From Mytilus edulis (taxonomy: Eukaryota): a DNA stretch of 64,000 nt. The translations under genes were made by a program, and so were the position numbers. The notes under the pieces are model-generated. The model saw only the letters and a list, made by a program, of their open reading frames with translations, searched no databases and had not been told where the DNA came from. The stretch spans positions 14,260,001-14,324,000 of the forward strand of contig NC_092355.1 of the NCBI RefSeq assembly GCF_963676685.1, written 5' to 3'. The stretch's first letter is position 1. Each line of letters begins with the position of its first letter. Below are positions 1-10,254 of the stretch, piece after piece.

Positions 1-579
1 TTACTGGCAAAATACTGCACACAAATTCCATTTCCATTAATTTTTTTTCAATTTGCACTTTACGGTTCCTCTTTTGCCTTGCATATAATTTTATCTTTAT
101 TCATACATGAAAACCGAGGCATATAAAATAATACTAATTCAAACATTTAAGTTTATTTTTTATCTTGCAACACATTTGCTGAAGTTTAGCTAGGAGATAG
201 AAAAATAGATTTATATTGATATTTAATTCTAATACCTTGGGTAAATGCCACTTATTGTTCATAAACATTGCCTACATTAAATATAAAGTTATTGTTTGCA
301 AATTAGATTTAACTTGCATAACATCAATGTATAAGAAATTCTAGTCATTTCTTTTACGGAAATATTGCCATTTCCATTGAAACTTTTTTTCAATAAGAAA
401 GTAAAATAACAAGTATCAATAATGGGTAGCCTGTCTTCGTGTGGCCTAATTCTCTGTAAACAAGCGCCTGACTCTATATGTTGGTTTATAATACAATGTA
501 GTGTTAAAATGCATATCACATGTATTCGTCCTGAATATGCATTAAATTTGCCACTGGACGTAAAAAAGATTTCCACCAT

Positions 580-720
580 CATCATCATCCATATTTGTCC
601 TTTCTGTCTGCAAGCAAAATGGAAAACCATCTCATAAAAGTCGAAATTATAATGTACCTGCATCATTGCAAATCCCTGTAGTCGTTTTTCACCTGTTGTT
701 GCACGTGAATGTTTTTATCG
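580..720 (-). pseudogene. Highly decayed C-terminal remnant of a hAT-type transposase
   Basis: Minus-strand translation KHSRATTGEKRLQGFAMMQVHYNFDFYEMVFHFACRQ resembles the hAT dimerization-domain tail (LRSTM..ERL.GLA.M..H....D.....F). An in-frame stop lies immediately upstream. Confidence 0.3.
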
Positions 721-933
721 CTCACTATATATATCCTGCAAACAATTTGAAGACGATAACGATGTTCATGTGGTCAATTTGTAGAATTTGTGTCTAAATG
801 TTGATAGTTTCTAACATCGCCATGGTCTATTTTGTATTTTGCTAAATGCAACCACATTTATACTCTTGAATAATGCCTACTTGTCAAAGTTCTCAAACTC
901 TAAAACAGTTCTATGCGTGGCCATTATGACAAA

Positions 934-1325
934 AGCTCAAAGTACGTTGATTTTGTTGAACGAGGAATACTGCTTTCTCAAAAGTTGCTAGGACAGGGCT
1001 ATGAATCAATCAAATCAAGGTCATCACTCAAGACATTTTACGGTCGCCATCATGAGCTGATTGGTCATTAAGACAAAAGTGTGTCAGAAATCATATCTGA
1101 TATTCTTCCTCAGTCATAATAACCTTCCATCATTACCGAATTGAACAAAGAAATAATACGACGGATGCCGTATACGGTGCGAAATGCTTACCCTTCCGGA
1201 GCACCTTATTTCACTCCCGGTCTTAAGTGGAGTTCGTTTTGTTTCTTAATTATTATTTATAACTGTTGCTGTAAATGTCCTTTGGTTCTGTGAGTCTTTG
1301 TTTACTCCTTGGTTTTTATTGTTAT
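934..1325 (+). mobile_element. 3' fragment of a Penelope-like (Naiad-type) retroelement
   Basis: 934-1119 reads SSKYVDFVERGILLSQKLLGQGYESIKSRSSLKTFYGRHHELIGH*DKSVSEIISDILPQS*, resembling the C-terminal region of PLE reverse transcriptases. The structured tail that follows is also seen at 29640 and 34985. Confidence 0.6.
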
Positions 1326-1550
1326 TATATTCGATTCATGACATGATAGGTTCTTAAAGAGAGGGACAAAAGATACCAGAGGGACAGTTAAATAAGGTTT
1401 GTTGGTACTTAAATTTTGGCTGATTTCTGATTTTCTTGACTGGAGGTTGCACTTCTGTTAATAGAAATATTGCAATTGTCAACAAAATTTCCATTTACGA
1501 CAAAAGATGTGCAATTTAGTTGCAATGAATTTATTCTATTTATTCTATTA

Positions 1551-1693
1551 TTAGGGGCCAGTTGAAGGACGCCTCCGGGTGCGGGAATTTCTCGCTACAT
1601 TGAAGACCTGTTGGTGACCTTCTGCTGTTGTTTTTTTTCTATGGTCGGGTTGTTGTCTCTTTGGCACATTCCCCATTTCCATTCTCAATTTTA
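1551..1693 (+). mobile_element. 3' tail fragment of repeat family A (same tail as 12605-13491)
   Basis: Reverse complement of about 12605-12747. Further copies at 34536-34655(-), 49392-49629(+) and 63906-64000(-). Confidence 0.8.
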
Positions 1694-2934
1694 CATATTT
1701 TATTATGAAAAAGGTAAAACATAACAAAATATCGAAATCCGTGGAAATTGAAAACTGAAAAGCCAGAATGAAATGGCTAAATCAAAAGCTCAAATGTTTG
1801 TAGATATCTTACCGTCATATACTGGACTAGCACTGAACAGTCTTTACTTCTTTTGCTCAGTTTGTAGAATGATGTCTAACTGTGCCACGGGTCACGGGTT
1901 CCAACAATGACTGGTTTTGTGTAATTTTGGGAGTCAAACCATGCTCAAACAATAATCTAATAACTTAACAAGTATGCTCGGATCATTGTGCTGTGTTAAA
2001 AGCTGATGATACACTCACATCAAAATCCATTCCGAGTAAGGGAGAAACAAAACAATTTTGAGATAAGAACAACATATCAACTGCAATATCCTATTGTTTG
2101 ATGGATATTGTGAAAGATTTAATTCAATTCTAAACAGATGATAAATTGGATAAATGGATATAAATATGTACTTTAGTGTGAACATTTTGTATTGAACGAT
2201 ACCGCAAAAAAATCATTCTAAAAAGATTAGGAGCATAAATATATGGATACGGTTGTGAGAACGTTTCAATAAAATGTCGTAAGGAGTTTAGGATAATTGC
2301 AAATATAGAGTGGTTATTCCTATGTAAAGAAATATTTTTAAATAAAAATCCATGCCTTGGTAACACACACAAGAACACATTCTATAATAACAAAATATAA
2401 TGTATATTTTATAGACCATATGAGTACTTGTAAATTGTCAAAAAAAGATTTATGAGTAGTTGCGGATACAAAGTGTACCCGCACCTCTTTTCCACCACCA
2501 TGCCAATGACAGTGCGCATATATAACGAAGTCCATATTGATCCAAATTTAACACCAAAAATTCTTTCACATGTTCAGACAAATAAACACAATAGAAGGGT
2601 CAAAAGGGCATCATGTCGTAAAGTTAAATCAGGCGTTTTATGATCGGTTTTTGGTACAAATGTGAGACAGTAGTTCGAACGAACACATGGCATCTTCCCG
2701 AATCACTATCAGATGTATAAAACCCCCGCTTAGATGGGAAAAATGCAAAAAATTCAATATAAATAGGCTAAATGTCTAACGAAGTATATATGTATACAAA
2801 TTGTGAAGATAGCCCTGTTTAATACTTGATATTATGTTATTAGATTGAAGACGGCTGTAGTAAAATTACCTCATATTTAGGCGTATGTTAAAGATACAGA
2901 TATTTTTTAATCATTGACCGCTGGGTGGATGGTG

Positions 2935-3345
2935 CAGTTGGGCATGTCTTGACAGTTGTCGGAAATAAGATGAAAGTTGAAGGGAATGGCATGACAGTTG
3001 TCGGGAATGATTTGACAGTTGACAGAAATAACATCAAAGTTGTTTGGAATGACATGACAGTTGTCGCAAATGCTATGATAGTCGACGATTATGGTATTAC
3101 AGTTTTTGAGAATGACATGACAGTTGTTTGGCTTTATAAATATTTAGATATGAACGTCACTGATGAGTCTTATGTAGACGAAACGCGCGTCGGGCGTACT
3201 AAATTATAATCCTGGTACCTTTGATAACTATTGCAGAGAATGATAGGATACTCCACGGTTATAGTATTACAGTTTTTAAGAATGACATGACAGATTTCGA
3301 GGTTGATATGACAGTCGACGGGCATGACATTAAAGATTTAAAAGT
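2935..3345. repeat. Degenerate 21-bp minisatellite (unit about ATGACAGTTGTCGGGAATGAC), interrupted by an insertion at 3127-3232
   Basis: Recurring atgacagttg...aatga units at 21-bp period give the 7-aa MTVVGND periodicity of ORFs 2925..3209 and 3221..3424. Confidence 0.85.
3154..3197 (+). ncRNA. Minimal type I hammerhead ribozyme (PLE-associated type) in a ~105-bp insert
   Basis: ACGUCA-CUGAUGA(3160-66)-GUCU/uaugu/AGAC-GAAA(3180-83)-C GCGC G-UC^-GGGCGU. Full catalytic core, stem II, palindromic mini stem III, and stem I with one A.G mismatch. Confidence 0.8.
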
Positions 3346-3414
3346 TGATTTATGTTTTAGTATGAAATATTTATTTTTTCATTACACAGAACTTGTACAT
3401 AAATTTCTTATTAA

Positions 3415-5361
3415 CTACAAGTAAGAACAAACTGTAATAGTTCTATCCTTAAGAACCCATAAGTTCCCATTCCCATCAATAGTTACAGACATCGGAGTAG
3501 TGTTTCTTTTCATCCTGACTGTTAATAAAGAAAATGTTAAAACATTACGAATAAAATTGCCATCCGAACTTATCAAACATATACGACAATTGTATGAGTC
3601 AGCAACGAAAACATTTCCATGACGATCTTCACACATTGAAACAAAGTTACAAGAACTTTTTTCATGTTTATGCGAATGTAAAAGATCACCACTTAAAGAT
3701 ATCGCAATTATTTCATCACGAAAAGCAATTAAAATTGTTTTTGTCTTAGTAAATAAAATGCAATTTGCATGCCTCCGACTGTGATTTTCGAAAATGTGCG
3801 TACTTGAAAACGTTCGGACAGTTTTGCCAGTTTCTTCCATTTCATAGAAATTGTTGTTTATAAATACTAGTATGTTTCCATTGTCTAATATACACGCACG
3901 ACCTTGTTCAGAAAGATGCGGCATTTCATTTTCCCATTGAAGAAAATTTCTTGAATTTGTCTCATCGTCAGTTTCCATTTGTAAAGTTCCAATACTGGAT
4001 CCTAACCATATAAAACATTTGCTGTTGTCAGTACCAATAAATTCAAGATTGTTTCCTATAAGTTTACAAGGGGTCGAAATAACTTTTGATTTGCCAATTA
4101 AGTCGTAAGCTGTGACTTTGCTTAGATGTTTGCTGTAATCACTTGAAATATTTTCGTGTGCGACACAGACGTGATACCTGCCTGCTGCCGTTATCTTTTT
4201 AACATCATATTCGACCTCAAATTGAATTTCTTGTGCAAATGATTTTATATTCACAAAACCAATAGTTTGAAGACATGGGAAACGCACTGTAGGCAAAACT
4301 GTTATGTTTTCGTCTGCTTTTACTGATCCAAAAAAATCTTTTATATGGTCAAAAGACAACGTCCCTGGATTATATTTAGGGAACTTTAACGTCATCCCGG
4401 AGAGTGAATAATTTTCATCGTATATTTTTGATTGTGTGCAAACGGCACTGCCAAATTCGACTATTTTACATTTGATACCACAATTAACTATTGCTTCAAT
4501 GGTCTTTCTAAATTTAATAATAGCAATACGACGGAGTTCTGCTTCTTCTGTGTATGTTTGCAGAGTTTTCTTGTCTGAATTCGAAAGTGATTCTAGGTTT
4601 TGCATAGAATCGGATAAAATCATATCAACAGATGTACACATCCATTCTTTCAAATTAGATGCCGCTCTCTGCAATTCAGTTTTTGTTATGTCTATATGTG
4701 TCTGGTATTTCTTTTTTTCCGTTTTTGCATTTTCTATTGTGTTGTTCAAAAAAGGTATTTTTGAACTAAGACTCGTTACTACGGAGGTCAAAGATAAGAT
4801 CATGTTTTTTGCAGCATAATTTAAATCTTCAACCTTGTGACAAACATGTTTGGAATTTTTACACTCGTCGCAGATAAGACAATTGCATGACTTACAGTAA
4901 AATGAAAATTCCTTCGCGTGCTCACCGCATTGCATGTATTCCGGTCGTATTTCGTCCTGTTTTGTAGGAAGTTCTGTGTTTTCAACTATTATGTGTTTCC
5001 TTAAAGTTTTATTTCTCAAATGGTAGTCATGACAACCTTTGCACATGTTTTGATCGCAATCTATACATCTGGAAGAAATTTCAATTTCATCACACATTTC
5101 GCATGTTCTCTCATTTTCTTTTTTCTTAACACTGTTGGTCTTAGTCATATATGGAAAAAATGGAACACTTTTAATGCCTTCAATTGGAACTAGAAGATCT
5201 CTTCTACAAAGCGGACATCGGAATGTTTGCTCACCCTCTATAAGTTTTTCCAAACAAGGTGTACAAAATATATGAAAACAGTCCAAAAGTCTTGGCGATG
5301 TATATGCCGAGTTGCAAATTTCACAAAAATTCTCTTCTGCAGTCGGTATATTTTTCGCCAT
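3415..5361 (-). CDS. TRIM-family E3 ubiquitin ligase (RING, 2 B-box, coiled coil, divergent NHL/beta-propeller), intronless, 648 aa
   Basis: C3HC4 RING CEIC...DCFHIFCTPC...CPLC; B-box1 CEMC..CIDCDQNMCKGCHDYH..H; B-box2 CGEH...YCKSCNCLICDEC..H..H; NHL-like MCEDRHGNVFVAD and VTIDGNGNLWV. AATAAA lies ~40 nt past the stop. Confidence 0.92.
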   Translation of the reverse strand: MAKNIPTAEENFCEICNSAYTSPRLLDCFHIFCTPCLEKLIEGEQTFRCPLCRRDLLVPIEGIKSVPFFPYMTKTNSVKKKENERTCEMCDEIEISSRCIDCDQNMCKGCHDYHLRNKTLRKHIIVENTELPTKQDEIRPEYMQCGEHAKEFSFYCKSCNCLICDECKNSKHVCHKVEDLNYAAKNMILSLTSVVTSLSSKIPFLNNTIENAKTEKKKYQTHIDITKTELQRAASNLKEWMCTSVDMILSDSMQNLESLSNSDKKTLQTYTEEAELRRIAIIKFRKTIEAIVNCGIKCKIVEFGSAVCTQSKIYDENYSLSGMTLKFPKYNPGTLSFDHIKDFFGSVKADENITVLPTVRFPCLQTIGFVNIKSFAQEIQFEVEYDVKKITAAGRYHVCVAHENISSDYSKHLSKVTAYDLIGKSKVISTPCKLIGNNLEFIGTDNSKCFIWLGSSIGTLQMETDDETNSRNFLQWENEMPHLSEQGRACILDNGNILVFINNNFYEMEETGKTVRTFSSTHIFENHSRRHANCILFTKTKTILIAFRDEIIAISLSGDLLHSHKHEKSSCNFVSMCEDRHGNVFVADSYNCRICLISSDGNFIRNVLTFSLLTVRMKRNTTPMSVTIDGNGNLWVLKDRTITVCSYL

Positions 5362-5400
5362 ATTTAATCTTTACTCTTGATTTGCAATAGCAATATGATT

Positions 5401-5434
5401 GTCACGTGAACATTGCTGTGTACGGTTGCTAGGC
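5401..5434 (-). promoter_or_regulatory. E-box (GTCACGTGA) plus RFX half-site module upstream of TRIM copy 1
   Basis: GTCACGTGA at 5401 and GTTGCTAGGC at 5425. The same pair with the same 24-bp offset lies upstream of TRIM copy 2. Confidence 0.45.
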
Positions 5435-5731
5435 TTTCATATTAACACGAGAAGCATAAATATATATAAATGCATTGTCTTCTTCCAAACATTTTGCCAA
5501 ATCTGCATTCTTACAAAGTATTATTATCTTTCATTAATTGGTATTCATACGATACGTCATTCCTAAGTTATCAGTATAATCTGATATACAAAAGAATTGG
5601 TATTCGTAAAAAGGCTAAATTTTATTTTATCAAATTAATATTTAATAACATATGAACATGATACCGATACAAAAGTTTCTCTAATTCTTCGTCAATTTAT
5701 CCCTTTCTGCACCCATTGTATAAAAAAAAAA

Positions 5732-6117
5732 TTAATCAACGTGTGGTTCGTTTGATCTCAGTACTTCATTGGTTAAAATCCGATTATGACGTCGAATTTT
5801 CTTGCTTTCCTCTGAATTTCCTATTGTGACGGCATGAAAAAAGGCGACCATGCCTGATGACGTCACATAGAAAGAACACATCTTTTTTCAGATCATTCGG
5901 AAAGAAGGAATAAGTTTACCTGCATAATGTTAGAAAATCATTAGAGAAACAGATTCCACCACCAAATCTCGTGTAATACGATATTTATCCACTCTCGACA
6001 GTTAAATTTTAAATATTTAAAACACTCGAGCAAGCCTCGCGTTTTAAATTTGAAAATTTAACTGTCTCGAGTGGTTAAATATCGTATTACACTCGATGCA
6101 GTGGTAGAATCTATATA
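5732..6117 (-). mobile_element. Non-autonomous hairpin-ended element (possibly Crypton-type)
   Basis: ~160-nt imperfect palindrome at 5951-6111, plus a TGACGTCA/ATTGG-containing arm. Family assignment is inference. Confidence 0.55.
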
Positions 6118-6592
6118 AAAAGAACCAATAAAACATATTAATGGTGTTAATGTCCCTTCGGTAACGTCCCCCTGTATCCGATAAAAAAAAGCCTTCTTCA
6201 CTTGATGCCAACAAAATTAACAGGGTTGAACAACTATGAGCCATCAACACAAAATCAGATGATCCAACAACATACAAAATAACTACATAATCTCTGTAAA
6301 GAGTCAATAATTATAGTAATAAGCTTCCATATTCTTAAATTCTGAAAGTAGTATAATTATCTAATCTTTTCAAAAATCGAGTATAACTGATGAATGAATA
6401 TGATAATATAGTAAGTAAACTTTGATCATAAAACACTATGATGTCATGAACATCTTTAGATTGATACATTTGTTAAGGCTTTGTGTAACTATGAGGTATA
6501 AAAACTTTAATGGACACTTTATAACCTTTACGGTCTACATCGCAAAGTAGATAACTATTTGTATAATTCTCATATCACTGGCGGCATGTTAA

Positions 6593-6982
6593 GGATGTCT
6601 GCTTGTCATGTTTTGTAATTTTTGTCAGATTTTCGGAATCCTCTGTTTTTATCCATTTGAATGTTTTAAAAAAATTTCCCCATGAACCCCCATTTTTCAT
6701 TTTATAAATATTTTACATGTATAATTATTAGTCATTTGTAAAAGTCTTATAAAATTTTATTTATTTTTTAATAGTATTTGAGAACTTTAACTGGTCAATG
6801 ATAAAGCTATGAAAAATCAAGAGAGAACATTTTCCCGCCAAAAGTCCAATGGCTAATATCTCGAAAACAAGCACATTGACCCCTATATTTTTGGGGCTTT
6901 TTTGATTCCTGAGTTTATTCCCTATCAATACATACTAGTTTGATGAAAAGTTATTTATTTTGAAACTAAGCAGCGAACATCC
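6593..6982. mobile_element. Kolobok-like MITE
   Basis: TTAA|GGATGT...ACATCC|TTAA: TTAA target duplication and GG/CC termini. Confidence 0.7.
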
Positions 6983-7489
6983 TTAATGCTATCTTAAATC
7001 TTTTTTAAGATACTAGAAGAACCGTCCAATCTGTTATTGTACCGACTGTGACATTTTAACAGTGTGTAAATTTGCATGTCGGGTGATGCATAGCAGGAGA
7101 TGATTACACCTGATCTCGTTCCTTTTGTTTTTCCCTTATTTTTGTATGATACTGTGATTTCTCTTCTTAATCGATAATGAGATATCGACATCGGTAAACT
7201 ACCGTTGGCTTTTTGAGGCTTATATCTCAATAGAAATAGAAGGAACTCTATAGAAGCTTATTTTTGCAGCTTTTGCAGCTTTAAATGCAAAATTGATGCA
7301 GATATATTAATCTATTAAAAATAGAAATACTAATATATGACAGATCCTCAAATATTTAATGTAACATTGTCACTTAAAATTCGATAAATTAATTACCAAC
7401 AAGTTACCAGGAGAAAACATTGAGTGTACACGTTGATTCAATACTATACAATTGTTCAATTTATTATCACAATTTAAAGTCAAAATTCA

Positions 7490-9508
7490 TTACAAATATG
7501 TGTACACCGTAATTATGTCATCATTCATGAGAACCCAGAAGTTACCTCTCCCGTCAATGGCCAGAGACTTTGGTCCATTAATTTCGTCATTTGAAGTCAG
7601 TATGTCACGAATGTAATGACCGTCTGATGTTAAAAGCGCAACGCTATTATTTTTCTTATCAGCCACGAACACGTTTTCATGACGATCTTCGCACATTGCT
7701 ACAAAATCAGAGCTTTCATTTCTATGCAAATGTTTAAGGTCCCCAGTTAATGAAATTGTGTATATTTCTTTTGAATATGCAATAAGAAAAACTTTCGTCT
7801 GAGTATATAAAACAAAATTTGCCGGATAAATACCCATTTTTTTCGAAATCTCCTCACTAATAAAAGTTCGGATTGTTTTACCAGATTCATTGACTTCATA
7901 AAATTTGCCGTTGCTAATAATAATCATATTTCCGTTATCCATAAAGCATGCACTTTCTTGAAAATAACCTGGTACATCATGTTCCCATGGATTTGTTCGC
8001 TTTCCTATTGTCTTTCCAAATTCCATCGGTACTGATTTGATTTTATTGTCACACCAAAAAAAGAGTCCTTTAGTATTCATTCCAATTATTGTAAATCTGG
8101 TGCCATTCGTTTGAAAAGTGCTCGACTCCTGGTTGATTTTTCCATTAAGATCAAATTTCAAAACGCTAGCATCATATGGAGAACTGTTACTTTTACTGGG
8201 GCGTTGGATATACCTAAGATGAATAGCATACACATACGAATCGCCTATAGACATAATACTTCTCGTGCCAAATTTACTCATATCACTTCTCGTGCCAAAT
8301 TCACTTATATCACTTTTCATGCCAAATCCACTCATACCCCTTCTAATTTCAGATTCACATTGAAAAATCGTCACTTTCTTCATTTTCAAGGTGTTTCCAA
8401 ATACGTGATTTTGAAAGGATGGCAATTGTGTTTTTGTTAAAACCGTTGTTCTTTGTTCTCGCTTTATCTTTCCAAAAATATCTTTCATTTGGGGATGGGA
8501 AAACGTGCCTGCATGAAATTTTGGAATACTTATCATCATCTCAAACATCGAAAAATGTTTATCGTACATGATTGACCTTCGGTTTAATGCACCACTATAT
8601 CTAATTAGTTTGGACGGTACGCCACTCCTGATAGTTCCTTCCATTGTCTTTATTAATTCAATCATAGCAATACGATTTAGTTCAGATTCTTCGATGTCCG
8701 TTCGGATAATTTTCTTATCGGATTTCGATAAAGATTCTAAGTTATTTATGCTCTCCGATAATATAATATCAATTGACTTACACATCAAATCTTTTAAGTT
8801 CGAAGCAACACTCTGTAGTTCAGTTTTTGTTTGTTTAATATGTGTACAGTATTTCTTTTCTTCCTCCTTTGCATTTTGTATTATATTGTCCATAAAAGGT
8901 ATTTTTGATTTAAGATTAATAACCAACGAGGTCAAAGTTGATGTCATGTTTTTCACCGTATACTCGAAATGTTCAATTTTGTGCCAAGCATGTTTGGATT
9001 TTGTACATGCGTCACAAATAGGCAAATTGCATGACTTACAGTAAAATGAAAATTTCTTTCCATGCGTGCCGCATTGTTCGTCTTCTTGTGTCATTTGATG
9101 TTGATCTGCGAGTATGTCAGAATTCACTTTCTCAATTATTTTATGATTCCGGAAAGTTTTATTTCTCAAATGATAATCGTGGCACATCCTGCACATATTC
9201 TGATCGCAATCAACACATTTTGAATGAACTACGATTTCGTCGCACATTTGACAATTTAATTCACAATCAGGTGTGTGTGCCTCATTACGTATTTCCATGA
9301 ATGGACACAATGGAAATTTTTCAATACCTTCTTTTGAAACAGGTAGATCCTTCCTACAAATCGGACATCGGAAAGTTTGTTTATTTTCTATTAGCTTTTC
9401 CAAACAAGGTGTACAAAATACATGAAAACAGTCCAAAAGTCTAGGAGATATATAAGCAGATTTGCATATTCCGCAAAACTCTGCTTCAAGAGATTTTCTA
9501 TGCGCCAT
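7490..9508 (-). CDS. TRIM-family E3 ubiquitin ligase, tandem paralog of 3415..5361, intronless, ~672 aa
   Basis: Same RING/B-box/B-box/coiled-coil/NHL-like architecture. First ATG at 9508 (MAHRKSLEAEFCGIC) aligns with MAKNIPTAEENFCEIC of the paralog. Confidence 0.92.
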   Translation of the reverse strand: MAHRKSLEAEFCGICKSAYISPRLLDCFHVFCTPCLEKLIENKQTFRCPICRKDLPVSKEGIEKFPLCPFMEIRNEAHTPDCELNCQMCDEIVVHSKCVDCDQNMCRMCHDYHLRNKTFRNHKIIEKVNSDILADQHQMTQEDEQCGTHGKKFSFYCKSCNLPICDACTKSKHAWHKIEHFEYTVKNMTSTLTSLVINLKSKIPFMDNIIQNAKEEEKKYCTHIKQTKTELQSVASNLKDLMCKSIDIILSESINNLESLSKSDKKIIRTDIEESELNRIAMIELIKTMEGTIRSGVPSKLIRYSGALNRRSIMYDKHFSMFEMMISIPKFHAGTFSHPQMKDIFGKIKREQRTTVLTKTQLPSFQNHVFGNTLKMKKVTIFQCESEIRRGMSGFGMKSDISEFGTRSDMSKFGTRSIMSIGDSYVYAIHLRYIQRPSKSNSSPYDASVLKFDLNGKINQESSTFQTNGTRFTIIGMNTKGLFFWCDNKIKSVPMEFGKTIGKRTNPWEHDVPGYFQESACFMDNGNMIIISNGKFYEVNESGKTIRTFISEEISKKMGIYPANFVLYTQTKVFLIAYSKEIYTISLTGDLKHLHRNESSDFVAMCEDRHENVFVADKKNNSVALLTSDGHYIRDILTSNDEINGPKSLAIDGRGNFWVLMNDDIITVYTYL
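8251..8340 (-). repeat. In-frame 27-bp tandem repeat (x3) inside TRIM copy 2
   Basis: MSGFGMKSD / ISEFGTRSD / MSKFGTRSI; absent from the paralog. Confidence 0.85.
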
Positions 9509-9543
9509 TCCTATTACTTGACTGTATGTGTGCAAGTGTTAAA

Positions 9544-9577
9544 GTCACGTGATTATTGTATTGTTTTGTTACTATGC
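9544..9577 (-). promoter_or_regulatory. E-box (GTCACGTGA) plus RFX half-site module upstream of TRIM copy 2
   Basis: GTCACGTGA at 9544 and GTTACTATGC at 9568, matching 5401/5425. Confidence 0.45.
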
Positions 9578-10254
9578 GTCCTTATCTATAGAAAAATAAA
9601 TCTTATTTTTAATATATAACTTTGTCCGTACTATAACATATATAAATCTATTTTGGTTTATTGCATTCGCAATTTTTATTGTGTGTCATTGCAAAGTTAT
9701 GCCATATTAGTGTTTGTTTCTGAGTATGTTCAAACGGTGCAAATAACTATTTCCGCGAGCGTTTCATCCGTACAAAGTATATTTGATCAAAAGAAAGTTG
9801 ATCCATATAAAACGTTGGATAAAATTATTTTATTTTTGATCGCGGTGAAATGTATCATCAGGTAAAAGGGTACAGATAACAGTATTTGTTCTGAATCGAC
9901 CTTTCTGTTATAAAGTTAATTGAAGCTATAAACATTTATTATCGCTGTTTGGTGTATTTTACATGTTTTACCTTTGATATATTTTATGGTAATTTTTCAA
10001 ATCATGCTATTTGTTTGAGATAGAAAGATATAGTTAGCATATAAGGCTCATTAGTAACAGCGTAGTTTTGTAGGTCTTTTCTCGGTCGAGAGACATAAAA
10101 TGTATGACGTCATTTGCTTACGTCATTAACCACAGCTATGTAAGATATCAATGGTCCTTCGAACTCGGTGTGTTTGCTAGCTGCATCGCAGTCAACTTAG
10201 GGCTGTCACCCTCAAATGAGATTGAAGCCAAGAAACATCCTCTTGTTTGGAACA

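Noticed and set aside
1800-2900. Possible decayed coding sequence
   Set aside because: The frames I translated by hand gave frequent stops and no recognisable motif.
2925-3424. ORFs 2925..3209 and 3221..3424 with 7-aa repeats, or a CRISPR-like array
   Set aside because: Explained by a contiguous 21-bp minisatellite with no unique spacers plus a hammerhead insert. Non-ATG starts, eukaryotic context, no cas genes.
4436-9300. Plus-strand ORFs overlapping the TRIM genes
   Set aside because: Antisense shadows of the real coding frames with no recognisable domains.
9509-9535. TTG start giving a 681-aa TRIM
   Set aside because: The ATG at 9508 aligns with the paralog's start; non-ATG initiation is unnecessary.
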